DNA of 64,000 nucleotides. Source: Azolla caroliniana (Eukaryota; Plantae; Polypodiophyta). How positions within the stretch are numbered: the stretch's first letter is position 1; each line of letters opens with the position of its first letter. Made by a program: the position numbers and the translations under genes. The notes below the pieces were generated by a model. It saw nothing but the letters and a program-made list of their open reading frames with translations. It ran no database searches and was not told where the DNA came from. Below, piece after piece: positions 40,115 through 54,900 of this stretch. The stretch covers positions 124,001 through 188,000 of the forward strand of contig JBHGNT010000023.1 in assembly GCA_043228905.1 (NCBI GenBank), in the 5' to 3' direction.

Positions 40115-43100
40115 GAAATTAGCAAATTTGAGGAGGGAGTGGACATGACCTGGTAGGTAAATTAAAACGTTCATACCTGGCTCGTGTGATATCGGATTTT
40201 TGTGTTCAAACATGCGAATCGAAGCTAACTACGCTAGGTATGATACAGAATTAAAAAATCAAGATTTTGAAACTCAGCTCCAGAGACATGACCGAATTAG
40301 CAAATTTGAGGAGGGAGTGGACAAGAGCTAGTAGGTAATTTAAAATGTTCATACGTGGCTCGTGTGATATCGGATTTTTGTGTTCAAACTTGCGAATCGA
40401 AGCTAACTACGCTAGCTATGATACAGAATTAAAAAATCAAGATTTTGAAACTCAGGTCGAGAGACATGAACAAATTAGCAAATTTGAGGAGGGAGTGGAC
40501 AAGAGCTACTAGGTAAATTAAAATGTTCATACCTGGCTCGTTTGATATCGGATTTTTGTGTTCAAACATGCGAATCGAAGCTAACTCCGCTAGCTATGAT
40601 ACAGAATTAAAAAATCAAGATTTTAAAACTCAGGTCGAGAGACATGAACAAATTAGCAAATTTGAGGAGGGAGTGGACAAGAGCTAGTAGGTAAATTAAA
40701 ATGTTCATACCTGGCTCGTGTGATATCGGATTTTTGTGTACAAACATGCGAATCGAAGCTAACTACACTAGCTATGATACAGAATTAAAAAATCAAGATT
40801 TTGAAACTCAGGTCGAGAGACATGAAGAAATTAGCAAATTTGAGGAGGGAGTGGACAAGAGCGCGTAGGTAAATTAATATGTTCATACCTGGCTCGTGTG
40901 ATATCGGACTTTTGTGTTCAAACTTGCGAATCGAAGCTAACAACGCTTGCTATAACACAGAATTAAAAATCAAGATTTTGAAACTCAGGTCGAGAGACAT
41001 GAAGAAATTAGCAAATTTGAGGAGGGAGTGGACATGACCTGGTAGGTAAATTAAAATGTTCATACCTGGCTCGTGTGATATCGGATTTTTGTGTTCAAAC
41101 ATGCAAATGGAAGCTAACTACACTAGCTATGATACAGAATTAAAAAATCAAGATTTTGAAACTCAGGTCGAGAGACATGAAGAAATTAGCAAATTTGAGG
41201 AGGGAGTGGACAAGACCTAGTAGGTAAATTAAAATGTTCATACCTGGCTCGTGTGATATCGGATTTTTGTGTTCAAACATGCAAATCGAAGCTAACAACG
41301 CTTGCTATGACACAGAATTAAAAAATCAAGATTTTGAAACTCAGGTCGAAAGACATGAAGAAATTAGAAAATTTGAGGAGGGAGTGGACAAGAGCTAGTA
41401 GGTAAATTAAAATGTTCATACCTGGCTCGTTTGATATCGGATTTTTGTGTTCAAACATGCAAATCGAAGCTAACTACACTAGCTATGATACAGAATTAAA
41501 AAATCAAGATTTTGAAACTCAGGTCGAGAGACATGAAGAAATTAGCAAATGTGAGGAGGGACTGGACAAGAGCGCGTAGGTAAATTAAAATGTTCATACC
41601 TGGCTCGTGTGATATCGGACTTTTGTGTTCAAACTTGCGAATCGAAGCTAACAACGCTTGCTATGACACAGAATTAAAAAATCAAGATATTGAAACTCAG
41701 GTCGAGAGACATGAAGAAATTAGCAAATTTGAGGAGCGAGTGGACAAGAGATAGTAGCTAAATTAAAATGTTCATACCTGCCTCATGTGATATCGGATTT
41801 TTGTGTTCAAACTTGCGAATCGAAGCTAACAACGCTTGCTATGATATAGAATTAAAAAATCAAGACTTTAAAACTCAGGTCGAGAGACATGACCGAATTA
41901 GCAAATTTGAGGAGGGAGTGGACAAGAGCTAGTAGGTAAATTAAAATGTTCATACCTGGCTCGTTTGATATCGGAGTTTTGTGTTCAAACATGCGAATCG
42001 AAGCTAACTACGCTAGCTATGATATAGAATTAAAAAATCAAAGTTTTGAAACTCAGGTCGAGAGACATGAAGAAATTAGCAAATGTGAGGAGGGACTGGA
42101 CAAGAGCGCGTAGGTAAATTAAAATGTTCATACCTGGCTCGTGTGATATCGGACTTTTGTGTTCAAACTTGCGAATCGAAGCTAACAACGCTTGCTATGA
42201 CACAGAATTAAAAAATCAAGATTTTGAAACTCAGGTCGAGAGACATGAAGAAATTAGCAAATTTGAGGAGCGAGTGGACAAGAGATAGTAGCTAAATTAA
42301 AATGTTCATACCTGGCTCGTGTGATATCGGATTTTTGTGTTCAAACATGAGAATCGAAGCTAACAAAGCTTGCTATGATACAGAATTAAAAAATCAAGAT
42401 TTTGAAACTCAGGTCGAGAGACATGAAGAAATTAGCAAATTTGAGGAGGGAGTGGACAAGAGCTAGTAGGTAAATTAAAATGTTCATACCTGGCTCGTGT
42501 GATATCGGATTTTTGTGTACAAACATGCGAATCGAAGCTAACTACACTAGCTATGATACAGAATTAAAAAATCAAGATTTTGAAACTCAGGTCGAGAGAC
42601 ATGAAGAACTTAGCAAATGTGAGGAGGGAGTGGACAAGACCTAGTACGTAAATTAAAATGTTCATACGTGGCTCGTGTGATATCGGATTTTTGTGTTCAA
42701 ACATGCGAATCGAAGCTAACTACGCTAGGTATGATACAGAATTAAAAAATCAAGATTTTGAAACTCAGCTCCAGAGACATGACCGAATTAGCAAATTTGA
42801 GGAGGGAGTGGACAAGAGCTAGTAGGTAAATTAAAATGTTCATACCTGGCTCATGTGATATCGGATTTTTGTGTTCAAACATGCAAATCGAAGCTAACTA
42901 CACTAGCTATGATACAGAATTAAAAAATCAAGATTTTGAAACTCAGGTTGAGAGACATGAAGAAATTAGCAAATTTGAGGAGGGAGTGGACAAGAGCGCG
43001 TAGGTAAATTAAAATGTTCATACCTGGCTCGTGTGATATCGGACTTTTGTGTTCAAACTTGCGAATCGAAGCTAACAACGCTTGCTATGACACAGAATTA

Positions 43101-46100
43101 AAAAATTTAAGATTTTGAAACTCAGGTCGAGAGACATGAAGAAATTAGCAAATTTGAGGAGGGAGTGGACATGACCTGGTAGGTAAATTAAAATGTTCAT
43201 ACCTGGCTCGTGTGATATCGGATTTTTGTGTTCAAACATGCAAATGGAAGCTAACTACACTAGCTATGATACAGAATTAAAAAATCAAGATTTTGAAACT
43301 CAGGTCGAGAGACATGAAGAAATTAGCAAATTTGAGGAGGGAGTGGACAAGAGCTAGTAGGTAAATTAAAATGTTCATACCTGGCTCGTGTGATATCGGA
43401 TTTTTGTGTTCAAACATGCAAATCGAAGCTAACAACGCTTGCTATGATACAGAATTAAAAAATCAAGATTTTGAAACTCAGGTCGAAAGACATGAGGAAA
43501 TTAGCAAATTTGAGGAGGGAGTGGACAAGAGCTAGTAGGTAAATTAAAATGTTCATACCTGGCTCGTGTGATATCGGATTTTTGTGTTCAAACATGCGAA
43601 TCGAAGCTAACTACGCTTATTATGACACAGAATTAAAAAAATCAAGATTTTGAAACTCAGGTCGAGAGACATGAACAAATTAGCAAATTTGAGGAGGGAG
43701 TGGACATGACCTAGTAGGTAAATTAAAATGTTCATACCCGGCTCGTGTGATATCGGATTTTTGTGTTCAAACATGAGAATCGAAGCTAACAACGCTTGCT
43801 ATGATACAGAATTAAAAAATCAAGATTTTGAAACTCAGGTCGAGAGACATGAAGAAATTAGCAAATTTGAGGAGGGAGTGGACAAGAGCTAGTAGGTAAA
43901 TTAAAATGTTCATACGTGGCTCGTGTGATATCGGATTTTGTGTTCAAACATGCGAATTGAAGCTAACTACACTAGCTATGATACAGAATTAAAAAATCAA
44001 AATTTTGGAACTTAGGTCGAGAGACATGAAGAAATTAGCAAATTTGAGGAGGGAGTGGACAAGAGCTAGTAGGTAAATTAAAATGTTCATACCTGCCTCA
44101 TGTGATATCGGATTTTTGTGTTCAAACTTGCGAATCGAAGCTAACAACGCTTGCTATGATATAGAATTAAAAAATCAAGACTTTAAAAGTCAGGTCGAGA
44201 GACATGACCGAATTAGCAAATTTGAGGAGGGAGTGGACAAGAGCTAGTAGGTAAATTAAAATGTTCATACCTGGCTCGTTTGATATCGGAGTTTTGTGTT
44301 CAAACATGCGAATCGAAGCTAACTACGCTAACTATGATACAGAATTAAAAAATCAAGATTTTGAAACTTAGGTCGAAAGACATGAAGAAATTAGCAAATT
44401 TGAGGAGGGAGTGGACAAGAGCTAGTAGGTAAATTAAAATGTTCATACCTGGCTCGTGTGATATCGGATTTTTGTGTTCAAACATGTGAATCGAAGCTAA
44501 CTACGCTAGCTATAATACAGAATTAAAAACTCAAGATTTTCAAACTCAGGTCGAGAGACATGAAGAAATTAGCAAATTTGAGGAGGGAGTGGACAAGAGC
44601 GAGTAGGTAAATTAAAATGTTCATACGTGGCTCGTGTGATATCGGATTTTTGTGTTGAAACTTGCGTATCGAAGCTAACTACGCTAGCTATGATACAAAA
44701 TTAAAAAATCAAGATTTTGAAACTCAGGTCGAGAGACATGACCGAATTAGCAAATTTGAGGAGGGAGTGGACAAGAGCTAGTAGGTAAATTAAAATGTTC
44801 ATACCTGGCTCGTGTGATATCGGATTTTTGTGTTCAAACTTGCGAATCGAAGCTAACTACGCTAGCTATGATATAGAATTAAAAAATCAAAGTTTTGAAA
44901 CTCAGGTCGAGAGACATGAAGAAATTAGCAAATTTGAGGAGGGAGTGGACGAGAGCGCGTAGGTAAATTAAAATGTTCATACCTGGCTCGTGTGATATCG
45001 GACTTTTGTGTTCAAACTTGCGAATCGAAGCTAACAACGCTTGCTATGACACAGAATTAAAAAATCAAGATTTTGAAACTCAGGTCGAGAGACATGAAGA
45101 AATTAGAAAATTTGAGGAGGGAGTGGACAAGAGCTAGTAGGTAAATTAAAATGTTCATACCTGGCTCGTTTGATATCGGATTTTTGTGTTCAAACATGCA
45201 AATCGAAGCTAACTACACTAGCTATGATACAGAATTAAAAAATCAAGATTTTGAAACTCAGGTCGAGAGACATGAAGAAATTAGCAAATGTGAGGAGGGA
45301 CTGGACAAGAGCGCGTAGGTAAATTAAAATGTTCATACCTGGCTCCTGTGATATCGGACTTTTGTGTTCAAACTTGCGAATCGAAGCTAACAACGCTTGC
45401 TATGACACAGAATTAAAAAATCAAGATATTGAAACTCAGGTCGAGAGACATGAAGAAATTAGCAAATTTGAGGAGCGAGTGGACAAGAGATAGTAGCTAA
45501 ATTAAAATGTTCATACCTGGCTCGTGTGATATCGGATTTTTGTGTTCAAACATGAGAATCGAAGCTAACAAAGCTTGCTATGATACAGAATTAAAAAATC
45601 AAGATTTTGAAACTCAGGTCGAGAGACATGAAGAAATTAGCAAATTTGAGGAGGGAGTGGACAAGAGCTAGTAGGTAAATTAAAATGTTCATACCTGGCT
45701 CGTGTGATATCGGATTTTTGTGTACAAACATGCGAATCGAAGCTAACTACACTAGCTATGATACAGAATTAAAAAATCAAGATTTTGAAACTCAGGTCGA
45801 GAGACATGAAGAAATTAGCAAATTTGAGGAGGGAGTGGACAAGAGCTAGTAGGTAAATTAAAATGTTCATACCTGGCTCTTGTGATATCGGATTTTTGTG
45901 TTCAAACATGCAAATCGAAGCTAACTACACTAGCTATGATACAGAATTAAAAAATCAAGATTGTGAAACTCAGGTCGAGAGACATGAAGAAATTAGCAAA
46001 TTTGAGGAGGGAGTGGACAAGAGCGCGTAGGTAAATTAAAATGTTCATACCTGGCTCGTGTGATATCGGACTTTTGTGTTCAAACTTGCGAATCGAAGCT

Positions 46101-48999
46101 AACAACGCTTGCTATGACACAGAATTAAAAAATGAAGATTTTGAAACTCAGGTCGAGAGACATGAAGAAATTAGCAAATTTGAGGAGGGAGTGGACATGA
46201 CCTGGTAGGTAAATTAAAATGTTCATACCTGGCTCGTGTGATATCGGATTTTTGTGTTCAAACATGCAAATGGAAGCTAACTACACTAGCTATGATACAG
46301 AATTAAAAAATCAAGATTTTGAAACTCAGGTCGAGAGACATGAAGAAATTAGCAAATGTGAGGAGGGACTGGACAAGAGCGCGTAGGTAAATTAAAATGT
46401 TCATACCTGGCTCGTGTGATATCGGACTTTTGTGTTCAAACTTGCGAATCGAAGCTAACAACGCTTGCTATGACACAGAATTAAAAAATCAAGATATTGA
46501 AACTCAGGTCGAGAGACATGAAGAAATTAGCAAATTTGAGGAGCGAGTGGACAAGAGATAGTAGCTAAATTAAAATGTTCATACCTAGCTCGTGTGATAT
46601 CGGATTTTTGTGTTCAAACATGCGAATCGAAGCTAACTACGCTTATTATGACACAGAATTAAAAAAATCAAGATTTTGAAACTCAGGTCGAGAGACATGA
46701 ACAAATTAGCAAATTTGAGGAGGGAGTGGACATGACCTAGTAGGTAAATTAAAATGTTCATACCCGGCTCGTGTGATATCGGATTTTTGTGTTCAAACAT
46801 GAGAATCGAAGCTAACAACGCTTGCTATGATACAGAATTAAAAAATCAAGATTTTGAAACTCAGGTCGAGAGACATGAAGAAATTAGCAAATTTGAGGAG
46901 GGAGTGGACAAGAGCTAGTAGGTAAATTAAAATGTTCATACGTGGCTCGTGTGATATCGGATTTTGTGTTCAAACATGCGAATCGAAGCTAACTACACTA
47001 GCTATGATACAGAATTAAAAAATCAAAATTTTGGAACTTAGGTCGAGAGACATGAAGAAATTAGCAAATTTGAGGAGGGAGTGGACAAGAGCTAGTAGGT
47101 AAATTAAAATGTTCATACCTGCCTCATGTGATATCGGATTTTTGTGTTCAAACTTGCGAATCGAAGCTAACAACGCTTGCTATGATATAGAATTAAAAAA
47201 TCAAGACTTTAAAACTCAGGTCGAGAGACATAAAGAAATTAGCAACTTTGAGGAGGGAGTGGACAAGAGCGCGTAGGTAAATTAAAATGTTCATACGTGG
47301 CTCGTGTGATATCGGATTTTTGTGTTGAAACTTGCGAATCGAAGCTAACAACGCTTGCTATGATACAGAATTAAAAAATCAAGATTTTGAAACTCAGGTC
47401 GAGAGACATGAAGAAATTAGCAAATTTGAGGAGGGAGTGGACAAGAGCGCGTAGGTAAATTAAAATGTTCATACCTGGCTCGTGTGATATCGGATTTTTG
47501 TGTTCAAACATGCGAATCGAAGCTAACTACGCTTACTATAATACAGAATTAAAAAATCAAGATTTTGAAACTCAGGTCGAGAGACATGAACAAATTAGCA
47601 AATTTGAGGAGGGAGTGGACAAGAGCTAGTAGGTAAATTAAAATGTTCATACGTGGCTCGTGGGATATCGGACTTTTGTATTCAAACTTGCGAATCGAAG
47701 CTAACAACGCTTGCTATGACACAGAATTAAAAAATCAAGATTTTGAAACTTAGGTCGAGAGACATGAAGAAATTAGCAAATTTGAGGAGGGAGTGGACAA
47801 GACCTAGTAGGTAAATTAAATGTTCATACCTGGCTCGTGTGATATCGGACTTTTGTGTTCAAACATGAGAATCAAAGCTAACAACGCTTGCTATGATACA
47901 AAATTAAAAAATCAAGATTTTGAAACTCAGGTCGAGAAACATGAAGAAATTAGCAAACTTGAGGAGGGAGTGGACAAGAGCGCGTAGGTAAATTAAAATG
48001 TTCATACCTGGCTCGTGTGATATCGGACTTTTGTGTTCAAACATGCGAATCGAAGCTAACTACGCTGATTATGACACAGAATTAAAAAAATCAAGATTTT
48101 GAAACTCAGGTCGAGAGACATGAAGAAATTAGCAAATTTGAGGAGGGAGTGGACATGACCTAGTAGGTAAATTAAAATGTTCATACCCGGCTCGTGTGAT
48201 ATCGGATTTTTGTGTTCAAACATGAGAATCGAAGCTAACAACGCTTGGTATGATACAGAATTAAAAAATCAAGATTTTGAAACTCAGGTCGAGAGACATG
48301 AAGAAATTAGCAAATTTGAGGAGGGAGTGGACAAGAGCTAGTAGGTAAATTAATATGTTCATACCTGGCTCGTGTGATATCGGACTTTTGTGTTCAAACT
48401 TGCGAATCGAAGCTAACAACCCTTGCTATGACACAGAATTAAAAAATCAAGATTTTGAAACTCAGGTCGAGAGACATGAAGAAATTAGCAAATTTGAGGA
48501 GGGAGTGGACAAGAGCGCGTAGGTAAATTAAAATGTTCATACCTGGCTCGTGTGATATCGGATTTTTGTGTTCAAAAATGCGAATCGAAGCTAACTACGC
48601 TAGCTATGATACAGAATTATAAAATCAAGATTTTGAAACTCAGGTCGAGAGACATGAACAAATTAGCAAATTTGAGGAGGGAGTGGACAAGAGCTAGTAG
48701 GTAAATTAAAATGTTCATACCTGGCTCGTGCGATATTGGATTTCTGTGTTCAAACATGCGAATCGAAGCTAACTACGCTAGCTATGATACAGAATTAAAA
48801 AATCAAGATTTTGAAACTCAGGTCGAGAGACATGACCGAATTAGCAAATTTGAGGAGGGAGTGGACAAGAGCTAGTAGGTAAATTAAAATGTTCATACGT
48901 GGCTCGTGTGATATCGGATTTTTGTGTTGAAACTTGCGAATCGAAGCTAACAACGCTTGCTATGATACAGAATTAAAAAATCAAGATTTTGAAACTCAG

Positions 49000-51900
49000 G
49001 TCGAGAGACATGAAGAAATTAGCAAATTTGAGGAGGGAGTGGAGAAGAGCGCGTAGGTAAATTAAAATGTTCATACCTGGCTCGTGCGACATCGGATTTT
49101 TGTGTTCAAACATGCGAATCGAAGCTAACTACGCTTACTATGATACAGAATTAAAAAAGCAAGATTTTGAAACTCAGGTCGATAGACATGAAGAAATTAG
49201 CAAATTTGAGGAGGGAGTGGACAAGAGCTAGTAGGTAAATTAATATGTTCATGCCTGGCTCGTGTGATATCGGACTTTTGTATTCAAACTTGCGAATCGA
49301 AGCTAACAACGCTTGCTATGACACAGAATTAAAAAATCAAGATTTTGAAACTCAGGTGGAGAGACATGAAGAAATTAGCAAATTTGAGGAGGGAGTGGAC
49401 AAGAGCGCGTAGGTAAATTAAAATGTTCATACGTGGCTCGTGTGATATCGGACTTTTGTGTTCAAACATGAGAATCAAAGCTAACAACGCTTGCTATGAT
49501 ACAAAATTAAAAAATCAAGATTTTGAAACTCAGGTCGAGAAACATGAAGAAATTAGCAAACTTGAGGAGGGAGTGGACAAGAGCGCGTAGGTAAATTAAA
49601 ATGTTCATACCTGGCTCGTGTGATATCGGATTTTTCTGTTCAAACATGCGAATCGAAACTAACTACGCTAGCTATGATACAGAATTAAAAAATCAAGATT
49701 TTGAAACTCAGGTCAAGAGACATGAAGAAATTAGCAAATTTGAGGAGCGAGTGGACAAGAGATAGTAGCTAAATTAAAATGTTCATACCTGGCTCGTGTG
49801 ATATCGGATTTTTGTGTTCAAACATGGAATCGAAGCTAACTACGCTACCTATGATATAGAATTAAAAAATCAAGATTTTGAAACTCAGGTCAAGAGACAT
49901 GAAGAAATTAGCAAATTTGAGGAGGGAGTGGACAAGAGATAGTAGGTAAATTAAAATGTTCATACCTGGCTCGCGTGATATCGGATTTTTGTGTTCAAAC
50001 ATGCGAATCGAAGCTAACTACGCTAGCTATGATATAGAATTAAAAAATCAAGATTTTGAAACTTAGGTCGAGAGACATGAACAAATTAGCAAATTTGAGG
50101 AGGGAGTGCACAAGAGCTAGGAGGTAAATTAAAATGTTCATACGTGGCTCGTGTGATATCGGATTTTTGTGTTGAAACTTGCGAATCGAAGCTAACAACG
50201 CTTGCTATGATACAGAATTAAAACATCAAGATTTTGAAACTCAGGTCGAGAGACATGAAGAAATTAGCAAATTTGAGGAGGGAGTGGAGAAGAGCGCATA
50301 GGTAAATTAAAATATTCATACCTGGCTCGTGTGATATTGGATATTTCTGTTCAAACATGCGAATCGAAACTAACTACGCTAGCTATGATACAGAATTAAA
50401 AAATCAAGATTTTGAAACTCAGGTCGAGAGACATGAAACAAATTAGCAAATTTGAGGAGGGAGTGGACAAGAGATAGTAGCTAAATTAAAATGTTCATAC
50501 CTGGCTCGTGTGATATCGGATTTTTGTGTTCCAACATGCGAATCGAAGCTAGCTACGCTACCGATGATACAGAACTAAAAAATCAAGATTTTGAAACTCA
50601 GGTCGAGAGACATGAACAAATTAGCAAATTTTAGGAGGGAGTGGACAAGAGATAGTAGGTAAATTAAAATGTTCATACCTGGCTCGTGTGATATCGGATT
50701 TTTGTGTTCAAACATGTGAATCGAAGCTAACTATGATATAGAATTAAAAAATCAAGATGTTGAAACTCAGGTCGAGAGACATGTTCATAGTAAATTTGAG
50801 GAGGGAGTGGACAAGAGCTAGTAGGTAAATTAAAATGTTCATACCTCGCTCGTTTGATATCGGATTTTTGTGTTCAAACATGCAAATCGAAGCTAACTAC
50901 ACTAGCTATGATACAGAATTAAAAAATCAAGATTTTGAAACTCAGGTCGAGAGACATGAAGAAATTAGCAAATGTGAGGAGGGAGTGGACAAGAGCGCGT
51001 AGGTAAATTAAAATGTTCATACCTGGCTCGTGTGATATCGGACTTTTGTGTTCAAACTTGCGAATCGAAGCTAACGACGCTAACTATGATATAGAATTAA
51101 AAAATCAAGATGTTGAAACTCAGGTCGAGAGACATGAAGAAATTAGCAAATTTGAGGAGGGACTGGACAAGACCTAGTAGGTAAATTAAAATGTTCATAC
51201 CTGGCTCGTTTGATATCGGATTTTTGTGTTCAAACATGCGAATCGAAGCTAACTACGCTAGCTATGATAGAGAATTAAAAAATCAAGATTTTGAAACTCA
51301 GGTCGAGAGACATGAACAAATTAGCAAATTTGAGGAGGGAGTGGACAAGAGATAGTAGGTAAATAAAAATGTTCATACCTGGCTCGCGTGATATCGGATT
51401 TTTGTGTTCAAACATGCGAATCGAAGCTAACTACGCTAGCTATGATACAGAATTAAAAAATCAAGATTTTGAAACTCAGGTCGAGAGACATGAAGAAATT
51501 AGCAAATTTGAGGAGGGAGTGGACAAGAGCTAGTAGGTAAATTTAAATGTTCATACCTGGCTCGTTTGATATCGGATTTTTGTGTTCAAACATGCGAATC
51601 GAAGCTAACTACGCTAGCTATGATACAGAATTAAAAAATCAAGATTTTGAAACTCAGGTCGACAGACATGATAGAATTAGCAAATTTGAGGAGGGAGTGG
51701 ACAAGAGCTAGTAGGTAAATTAAAATGTTCATACCTGGCTCGTTTGATATCGGATTTTTGTGTTCAAACATGCGAATCGAAGCTAACTACGCTAGCTATG
51801 ATACAGAATTAAAAAATCAAGATTTTGAAACTCAGGTCGAGAGATATGAACCAATTAGCAAATTTGAGGAGGGAGTGGACAAGAGCTAGTAGGTAAATTA

Positions 51901-54900
51901 AAATGTTCATACCTGGCTCGTGTGATATCGGATTTTTGTGTTCAAACTTGCGAATCGAAGCTAACTATGCTAGCTATGATATAGAATTAAAAAATCAAAG
52001 TTTTGAAACTCAGGTCGAGAGACATGAAGAAATTAGCAAATTTGAGGAGGGAGTGGACAAGAGCTAGTAGGTAAATTGAAATGTTCATACCTGGCTCGTG
52101 CGATATCGGATTTCTGTGTTCAAACATGCGATGATACAGAATTAAAAAATCAAGATTTTGAAACTCAGGTCGAGAGACATGAAGAAATTAGCAAATTTGA
52201 GGAGGGAGTGGAGAAGAGCGCGTAGGTAAATTAAAATGTTCATACCTGGCTCGTGCGACATCGGATTTTTGTGTTCAAACATGCGAATCGAAGCTAACTA
52301 CGCTTACTATGATACAGAATTAAAAAAGCAAGATTTTGAAACTCAGGTCGAGAGACATGAAGAAATTAGCAAATTTGAGGAGGGAGTGGACAAGAGCTAG
52401 TAGGTAAATTAATATGTTCATGCCTGGCTCGTGTGATATCGGACTTTTGTATTCAAACTTGCGAATCGAAGCTAACAACGCTTGCTATGACACAGAATTA
52501 AAAAATCAAGATTTTGAAACTCAGGTGGAGAGACATGAAGAAATTAGCAAATTTGAGGAGGGAGTGGACAAGACCTAGTAGGTAAATTAAATGTTCATAC
52601 CTGGCTCGTGTGATATCGGACTTTTGTGTTCAAACATGAGAATCAAAGCTAACAACGCTTGCTATGATACAAAATTAAAAAATCAAGATTTTGAAACTCA
52701 GGTCGAGAAACATGAAGAAATTAGCAAACTTGAGGAGGGAGTGGACAAGAGCGCGTAGGTAAATTAAAATGTTCATACCTGGCTCGTGTGATATCGGATT
52801 TTTCTGTTCAAACATGCGAATCGAAACTAACTACGCTAGCTATGATACAGAATTAAAAAATCAAGATTTTGAAACTCAGGTCAAGAGACATGAAGAAATT
52901 AGCAAATTTGAGGAGCGAGTGGACAAGAGATAGTAGCTAAATTAAAATGTTCATACCTGGCTCGTGTGATATCGGATTTTTGTGTTCAAACATGGAATCG
53001 AAGCTAAGTACGCTACCTATGATACAGAATTAAAAAATCAAGATTTTGAAACTCAGGTCAAGAGACATGAAGAAATTAGCAAATTTGAGGAGGGAGTGGA
53101 CAAGAGATAGTAGGTAAATTAAAATGTTCATACCTGGCTCGCGTGATATCGGATTTTTGTGTTCAAACATGCGAATCGAAGCTAACTACGCTAGCTATGA
53201 TATAGAATTAAAAAATCAAGATTTTGAAGCTTAGGTCGAGAGACATGAACAAATTAGCAAATTTGAGGAGGGAGTGGACAAGAGCTAGTAGGTAAATTAA
53301 AATGTTCATACGTGGCTCGTGTGATATCGGATTTTTGTGTTGAAACTTGCGAATCGAAGCTAACAACGCTTGCTATGATACAGAATTAAAACATCAAGAT
53401 TTTGAAACTCAGGTCGAGAGACATGAAGAAATTAGCAAATTTGAGGAGGGAGTGGAGAAGAGCGCGTAGGTAAATTAAAATATTCATACCTGGCTCGTGT
53501 GATATTGGATTTTTCTGTTCAAACATGCGAATCGAAACTAACTACGCTAGCTATGATACAGAATTAAAAAATCAAGATTTTGAAACTCAGGTCGAGAGAC
53601 ATGAAACAAATTAGCAAATTTGAGGAGGGAGTGGACAAGAGATAGTAGCTAAATTAAAATGTTCATACCTGGCTCGTGTGATATCGGATTTTTGTGTTCC
53701 AACATGCGAATCGAAGCTAGCTACGCTACCGATGATACAGAACTAAAAAATCAAGATTTTGAAACTCAGGTCGAGAGACATGAACAAATTAGCAAATTTT
53801 AGGAGGGAGTGGACAAGAGATAGTAGGTAAATTAAAATGTTCATACCTGGCTCGTGTGATATCGGATTTTTGTGTTCAAACATGTGAATCGAAGCTAACT
53901 ACGCTAACTATGATATAGAATTAAAAAATCAAGATGTTGAAACTCAGGTCGAGAGACATGAAGAAATTAGCAAATTTGAGGAGGGACTGGACAAGACCTA
54001 GTAGGTAAATTAAAATGTTCATACCTGGCTCGTTTGATATCGGATTTTTGTGTTCAAACATGCGAATCGAAGCTAACTACGCTAGCTATGATATAGAATT
54101 AAAAAATCAAGATTTTGAAACTCAGGTCGAGAGACATGAACAAATTAGCAAATTTGAGGAGGGAGTGGACAAGAGATAGTAGGTAAATAAAAATGTTCAT
54201 ACCTGGCTCGCGTGATATCGGATTTTTGTGTTCAAACATGCGAATCGAAGCTAAGTACGCTAGCTATGATACAGAATTAAAAAATCAAGATTTTGAAACT
54301 CAGGTCGAGAGACATGAAGAAATTAGCAAATTTGAGGAGGGAGTGGACAAGAGCTAGTAGGTAAATTTAAATGTTCATACCTGGCTCGTTTGATATCGGA
54401 TTTTTGTGTTCAAACATGCGAATCGAAGCTAACTACGCTAGCTATGATACAGAATTAAAAAATCAAGATTTTGAAACTCAGGTCGACAGACATGATAGAA
54501 TTAGCAAATTTGAGGAGGGAGTGGACAAGAGCTAGTAGGTAAATTAAAATGTTCATACCTGGCTCGTTTGATATCGGATTTTTGTGTTCAAACATGCGAA
54601 TCGAAGCTAACTACGCTAGCTATGATACAGAATTAAAAAATCAAGATTTTGAAACTCAGGTCGAGAGACATGAACCAATTAGCAAATTTGAGGAGGGAGT
54701 GGACAAGAGCTAGTAGGTAAATTAAAATGTTCATACCTGGCTCGTGTGATATCGGATTTTTGTTTTCAAACTTGCGAATCGAAGCTAACTATGCTAGCTA
54801 TGATATAGAATTAAAAAATCAAAGTTTTGAAACTCAGGTCGAGAGACATGAAGAAATTAGCAAATTTGAGGAGGGAGTGGACAAGAGCTAGTAGGTAAAT
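49000..54900 (+). repeat. Imperfect 18-monomer duplication (offset 3168 bp)
   Basis: The insertion marker lies at 50432 and 53600. The offset 3168 = 18x178-36 is fully accounted for by the visible indels between them (+1, -9, -3, -23, -1, -1). Shared rare variants include 'gtgcgacatc', 'aaaaagcaag', 'caggtggag' and 'taccgatga'. Confidence 0.8.
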
